Position numbers and translations under genes: made by a program. 39,157 nucleotides of DNA from Bacillota bacterium (GTDB lineage: Bacteria; Bacillota; Limnochordia; DTU087), in contig JAAYRF010000006.1 of the NCBI GenBank assembly GCA_012518905.1, positions 1-39,157 on the forward strand, given 5' to 3'. The notes under the pieces were generated by a model, which saw only the letters and a program-made list of their open reading frames with translations, did no database searches and was not told where the DNA came from. Positions 35,061-39,157 of this stretch are shown in pieces (position 1 is the stretch's first letter; every line of letters begins with the position of its first letter).

Positions 35061-35501
35061 GTGGGGTTGGCAGTGGAGCAGACCTTTATAATAATAAAGC
35101 CTGAAGCTGTAGAAAGGCGTTTGGTGGGGGAGATCCTCGGAAGGTTCGAAAGAAAAGGCCTGGAGATCAAGGGCTTGAGGGTTACCAAAATAAGTGAGGA
35201 TCTGGCCAAGGAGCATTACGCTCATCATGAAAACAAGCCGTTTTTTTCGCAGCTCATCGAAGCTATCACCCGAGGACCCGTGGTCCTTGCAGTTCTAGAA
35301 GGCAACGATTCTGTCAGTCAGGTGAGAACCTTGGTAGGAGCCACCGATCCAGTTAAGGCGGCACCGGGTACCATTCGAGGTGATCTTGCAGTCCGGCTTC
35401 CGTACAATATGGTTCATGCCGCTGATTCACCGGCCAACGCCCTGATCGAGATCGAGAGGTTTTTCGGTAGTTGTCTGTCGGGCATGCCGAAAGGTAGCTG
35501 A
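35061..35501 (+). CDS. ndk: Nucleoside-diphosphate kinase
   Basis: The sequence contains EQTFIIIKPEAV...GATDP...GTIRGD...N.VHASD-like motifs. The true start may be the TTG at 35067 or the GTG at 35073, which would give the canonical M-E-x-T-F N-terminus. Confidence 0.9.
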   Translation: MGLAVEQTFIIIKPEAVERRLVGEILGRFERKGLEIKGLRVTKISEDLAKEHYAHHENKPFFSQLIEAITRGPVVLAVLEGNDSVSQVRTLVGATDPVKAAPGTIRGDLAVRLPYNMVHAADSPANALIEIERFFGSCLSGMPKGS

Positions 35502-35552
35502 ATTCGATAAACCCATGGGAAGTAGCAGCTAGGGGAGGGGGGTGGAGGATTC

Positions 35553-38165
35553 TTGAATAGTTTTACTAGGACCCTGACCTGGCTGGGTCGCCTGTACCGT
35601 AGGGTGCGAAACTCTTGGGCCCAGCGGTCCGCTGTTCAATATGGATGGTTTATCCTGGGGTTAGTCTTGAGTCTTCCTGTGTTTTGGGCTAGTTCGGTCG
35701 ATGCGGCTCTGCCCTCTAGGGTGCTCCAACTTAGAGACAAAAATGAAGAGATAGCCATAGGGTTGGGTGAAAGTCAAGGGAGCATCCGTATCTCGTCTAC
35801 GGAGGGGCTCGAGATCCTCACTGCTGATGGCAAACATCTCACTGATGTTGCCAAAGCGATTAGTATCACTGCAGGAAAAGGCCGAAAGGTAGAGAGACAG
35901 CAGACTGTTTGGCGAGTACAAGTTAAGGCAGTCCGGGATGAGCAGGCCGCTTGGGATCTCAAGGGCAAAGTGGAGGCCGAGGCCGGTATGATAAGTTATG
36001 TCCTCCACGAAGAGCCTTGGTATAAGATACAGGTGGGCGATGCCGCTAGTTTGGCAGAAGCTGAGGTGATAAAGGAAAAGATCATTGGCTTGGGCTATGA
36101 GGATGCATGGATCTCTAAAGCAGAGGCGCCTGTGGCCGATGCTGTCTCCGACGATAGTAATTCTATAATCCCAACCCTCAGCATAGAAGATGGTATAGAT
36201 GGGAATCTACTAGTAGATCTTACCAGGCATGAGCTGGTGGTGGCTCCCAAGGGCAAAGAGCCGCTTGCGTTGCAGTTGAGCGGTAGCCCACTCCGAAAGT
36301 ATCGGGGCAGGTTGCGCCTTACCGCCCTAGGGCAAAACCAGATCCGAGTGGTCAATCTCGTTGGACTTGAGGAGTATCTCTATGGCGTTGTGGGCGCTGA
36401 GCTATATAGCAACTCCAAGGAGGAGCAGGCAGCTTTAGCCGCCCAAGCGGTAGCTGCCCGAACCTACACTATTCAAAACCTTGGCAAGCATGAAGGGGAA
36501 GGATATGATCTTTGTGCAACAGTGCATTGCCAGGTATATCAGGGTGTAGAACGGGAATCAGAGCTCATTCGCAAAGCTGTGGATACGACTTGGGGGCAGA
36601 TCTTGGTCTATGGGGGCCAGGCCATTAGTGCAGTCTATCACTCCAGCAGTGGGGGAGCCACTGCCGGTGCTGAGCAAGTATGGGCCACCCGTTACTCGGG
36701 CTATTTACGTCCCGTGCCTGACGAAGTCATAGACCCTGCGACAGAAACCATGGTCAAGCTCGGTCAAGATCGTCCTGGTTATAAGTGGGAGATCACTTGG
36801 CAAGCCGACGAGCTTAGCGATATTCTCCAGCGTCACCTGGCTGCAGAGCTTTCCATTAAGGTTCCCGTCTCGGCAGTTCTCAAGGACCTGCGTGTCGACA
36901 AGACAGACCCTTTGGGTAGGGTAGAGCGGCTTATTATTGTCTATGAGGATGAGACGTCGGAGGAGGAAGAACCAAAGAGCGAATACTTGGTTACAAAGGA
37001 TAAGATCCGGTGGGTCTTGCGTAAGCCCGATGGCAGCATCTTGCCCAGCACCCGGTTTGAGCTAGAGACCCATAGTTCCCGTGATAGGCTCGAGAAGGTA
37101 TCGGTCGTAGGCCAAGGCAACGGCCACGGATTGGGCCTATCCCAAGCAGGGGCCCTCCACATGTCCCGCTTGGGCTACGGTTATGAAGAGATTCTATATC
37201 ATTACTATACTGATGTTACGCTGTTGACCTTGGGTCAGTACTATGAGCACATGGAGTCCATGCTTGTTTGGGAAAACAAGGGATTTGTACAGACGTGGGC
37301 GGCTATCCTCGGCTCCGATCATGGTGTTAATGAGCATACCGATGTATTACAGTGGTCGCCGGCGGGAGATCTGATTGCCTATGGGGCATCTGGGGCGGAA
37401 GGAGGGCTGTGGGTTTTCAATACCATTACCGGCGAGCGTGCAACGGTTCTTCAAGATCCTGTACGGGAAATAGCCTGGAAGAGTGATGGCTCTGCCGTTG
37501 CTGTTGTTACAGCTACCCAAAGGGGTAGGAGACAGTTGCAGATCATACCCATCAATATCTCGGCGATGGGAGATCGTGGGTCATTGTCTCCGGATTTGCT
37601 GGCAGAGGGGGCGGATATCCATTCACCTACATGGCTGCCCGGCAGTGACCTGGTGTTGTTTGGTCAAAACGGCATGGTCTACGGGGGAGTGACGAAAGTA
37701 AGTGTGCCGCTATTGACTGGGGCGACAGTGCCCGAAATTGCCCCTAGCGGCAAGCAGATGGTTTTCTATCGAAATGGGGCAGTTTGGCTATATAACTTGA
37801 TTACGGGGGCTGTGCAACAGTTATATGCCGTAGACAGTATTAAGTCTGTTTTTTGGTCACCGAATGGCAGACATTTGGCCGTTGCCTTATCTGAAGAAGT
37901 GCTGATTATCGATGTGCAATCAAGGGAGCTGATTATCAAGTTGACTGGCAGCAGCCCTGCCTGGTCAGCCCATGGGGAGTATATTGCCTATGTTGATGAA
38001 GGTAATGATGGTTTATGTGCCATCAGTATCTTGGAGGTTGCATCCCTAGAGAAGCATGTTCTAGCCAATGTCAACCAGGGAAATTCCGCTGTCCATTTGT
38101 CCAATGCAGCCCAGGCTGTAGCTTATATCAATCAGGGCAGATTGCATCTTCTCACATGGCGCTGA
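35553..38165 (+). CDS. SpoIID/LytB-domain protein fused to a SPOR domain and a C-terminal PD40/TolB-like beta-propeller
   Basis: The protein has a TM anchor, then a SPOR-like segment (WRVQVKAVRDEQAAWDLKGK...YKIQVGDAASLAEAE). SpoIID motifs follow (AQAVAARTY, CATVHCQVYQG, AVYHSSSGGATA). Repeated WSP.G..IAY-type propeller blades come last. The start is TTG after a GGGGAGGGGGGTGGAGG RBS. Confidence 0.85.
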   Translation: MNSFTRTLTWLGRLYRRVRNSWAQRSAVQYGWFILGLVLSLPVFWASSVDAALPSRVLQLRDKNEEIAIGLGESQGSIRISSTEGLEILTADGKHLTDVAKAISITAGKGRKVERQQTVWRVQVKAVRDEQAAWDLKGKVEAEAGMISYVLHEEPWYKIQVGDAASLAEAEVIKEKIIGLGYEDAWISKAEAPVADAVSDDSNSIIPTLSIEDGIDGNLLVDLTRHELVVAPKGKEPLALQLSGSPLRKYRGRLRLTALGQNQIRVVNLVGLEEYLYGVVGAELYSNSKEEQAALAAQAVAARTYTIQNLGKHEGEGYDLCATVHCQVYQGVERESELIRKAVDTTWGQILVYGGQAISAVYHSSSGGATAGAEQVWATRYSGYLRPVPDEVIDPATETMVKLGQDRPGYKWEITWQADELSDILQRHLAAELSIKVPVSAVLKDLRVDKTDPLGRVERLIIVYEDETSEEEEPKSEYLVTKDKIRWVLRKPDGSILPSTRFELETHSSRDRLEKVSVVGQGNGHGLGLSQAGALHMSRLGYGYEEILYHYYTDVTLLTLGQYYEHMESMLVWENKGFVQTWAAILGSDHGVNEHTDVLQWSPAGDLIAYGASGAEGGLWVFNTITGERATVLQDPVREIAWKSDGSAVAVVTATQRGRRQLQIIPINISAMGDRGSLSPDLLAEGADIHSPTWLPGSDLVLFGQNGMVYGGVTKVSVPLLTGATVPEIAPSGKQMVFYRNGAVWLYNLITGAVQQLYAVDSIKSVFWSPNGRHLAVALSEEVLIIDVQSRELIIKLTGSSPAWSAHGEYIAYVDEGNDGLCAISILEVASLEKHVLANVNQGNSAVHLSNAAQAVAYINQGRLHLLTWR

Positions 38166-38264
38166 GCCGAAGAACCAGAGGAATTGGTGTTTATTTTCCA
38201 GAGACCATTTGGTATACTAACTGGTAGTTGTCTAAAGAAAACCACCGGGGAGGAGTATACGACC

Positions 38265-38723
38265 ATGCTGCCTACTCCTAAGAAATTCACATTGTGTGTA
38301 GGTGCCGCAGAGGGGTCTCCAAAGCTAAATGCCTTTGACAACGCTTTACTGGAAGCTGGCATTGGTAATCTCAACCTTCTCAAGGTTAGTAGCATTTTGC
38401 CTCCTGGTGCTCAATATGTAGATCACATCGATGCTCCGCCGGGGTCCTTGATTCCCACGGCCTACGGTTCCATTGCCAGTGACGAGCCCAGAGAGCTGAT
38501 TGCTGCCGCCGTTGGGGTGGGTCTTGTTCAAGGCAGTTTCGGTGTGATTATGGAATATGCTGGCAGGTGCTCCCGCCAAGAAGCGGAACAAGTAGTGACA
38601 AATATGGTCCGGGAGGCCTTACATACTCGCAAACTCGAGTTGGATCGCATAGTGGTCAAGTCCGTTGACCACAAGGTAGTTAGTTCGGGCTGTGCCTTTG
38701 CGGCGGTAGCCCTTTGGTACTAA
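38265..38723 (+). CDS. pdaD: Pyruvoyl-dependent arginine decarboxylase
   Basis: The N-terminus reads MLPTPKKFTLCVGAAEG...LLKVSSILPP, with the Ser-Ser self-processing site. The start is the ATG at 38265, after GGAGGAG. An extended -10 (TGgTATACT, 38210-38218) lies upstream. Confidence 0.88.
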   Translation: MLPTPKKFTLCVGAAEGSPKLNAFDNALLEAGIGNLNLLKVSSILPPGAQYVDHIDAPPGSLIPTAYGSIASDEPRELIAAAVGVGLVQGSFGVIMEYAGRCSRQEAEQVVTNMVREALHTRKLELDRIVVKSVDHKVVSSGCAFAAVALWY

Positions 38724-38796
38724 GGAATTGCTCCGTCGTTGGACAAAGCTGGCTTGGGCTTAGAGGTACAATTACTACGGGGGGGAGGTCGATCAC

Positions 38797-39157
38797 ATGG
38801 AGCTGTGGTTTACGGAAAAGCAAACGGATCATGTGGGTATTACCTGTAAAGTCAAGGGGACTTTGATGAGGAAGCAGTCACCCTATCAAGAAGTGGCAGT
38901 CATTGATACTGAAGGATTTGGTAGAATGCTACTTCTCGATGGGGTTATACAAACCACCATCGCTGATGAATTTACCTATCACGAGATGATCGCCCACGTA
39001 CCTATGAACACCCATCCTAATCCCCGGCGTGTGGCTGTGGTCGGAGGCGGAGACGGTGGGACGATTCGAGAGGTCATCAAACATGATTCCGTGGAAAAGG
39101 CAGCATTGGTGGAGATTGATGAACTGGTGATCCAAGCTAGTCGTCAATATTTACCGG
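38797..39157 (+). CDS. speE: Spermidine synthase (polyamine aminopropyltransferase), 5' part; the 3' end lies outside the window
   Basis: The ATG at 38797 follows GGGGGAGG, and the frame is open to the window end. The translation reads [19 protein letters not shown]...[23 protein letters not shown]...[10 protein letters not shown]. The ORF track omits it because no stop codon is reached. Confidence 0.88.
   Translation, partial: MELWFTEKQTDHVGITCKVKGTLMRKQSPYQEVAVIDTEGFGRMLLLDGVIQTTIADEFTYHEMIAHVPMNTHPNPRRVAVVGGGDGGTIREVIKHDSVEKAALVEIDELVIQASRQYLP

Overview
The window looks like a chromosomal, mostly housekeeping segment from a Firmicutes-type anaerobic spore-former, at roughly 50% GC. This is suggested by SpoIID, Rex, Fhs/FolD, corrinoid proteins and a ferredoxin-fused Etf; the taxon itself is inference. 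Gene order is as follows. A TatD fragment is followed by a gntR-chrA-chrA operon and a nadC-nadA-niaR operon. Next come three tRNA genes (Gly-CCC, Thr-CGU, Val-CAC), a DUF421 protein, a COG2509 FAD protein, an M20 peptidase and tRNA-Arg-CCG. Then come a YqaA/DedA membrane protein and a xylose-isomerase-like TIM-barrel protein. A terminator-bounded operon holds folD, a RACE-type corrinoid reductive activator and a corrinoid protein. An acyl-CoA dehydrogenase, etfB and a ferredoxin-fused etfA follow, then an orphan membrane protein, a small Gln-rich SASP-like gene and nfo. A cobalamin riboswitch precedes btuF/D/C-like transporter genes. After that come a phosphohexomutase, htrA, rlmH, a fucose-isomerase-family gene, glyQS, rex and a ~0.45 kb ORF-free repeat array. 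The window ends with an MCP gene, fhs, ndk, a SpoIID-SPOR-beta-propeller fusion, pdaD and the 5' part of speE. I saw no transposases, integrases, CRISPR arrays, cas genes or recognisable defence or toxin modules. The most unusual signal is the rex-mcp spacer (about 31492-31905). It is a degenerate ~41-43 nt tandem array that folds into a chain of hairpins with GGGA/AGGA loops. Its G-U pairs favour the + strand, so it may be a structured, possibly protein-sponging, RNA. Secondary points are an orphan corrinoid/activator module next to a CarCDE-like Acd/Etf, a gamma-SASP-like mini-protein, and two unusual domain architectures. All functional calls come from reading the supplied translations and from motifs visible in the sequence; no database search was run.
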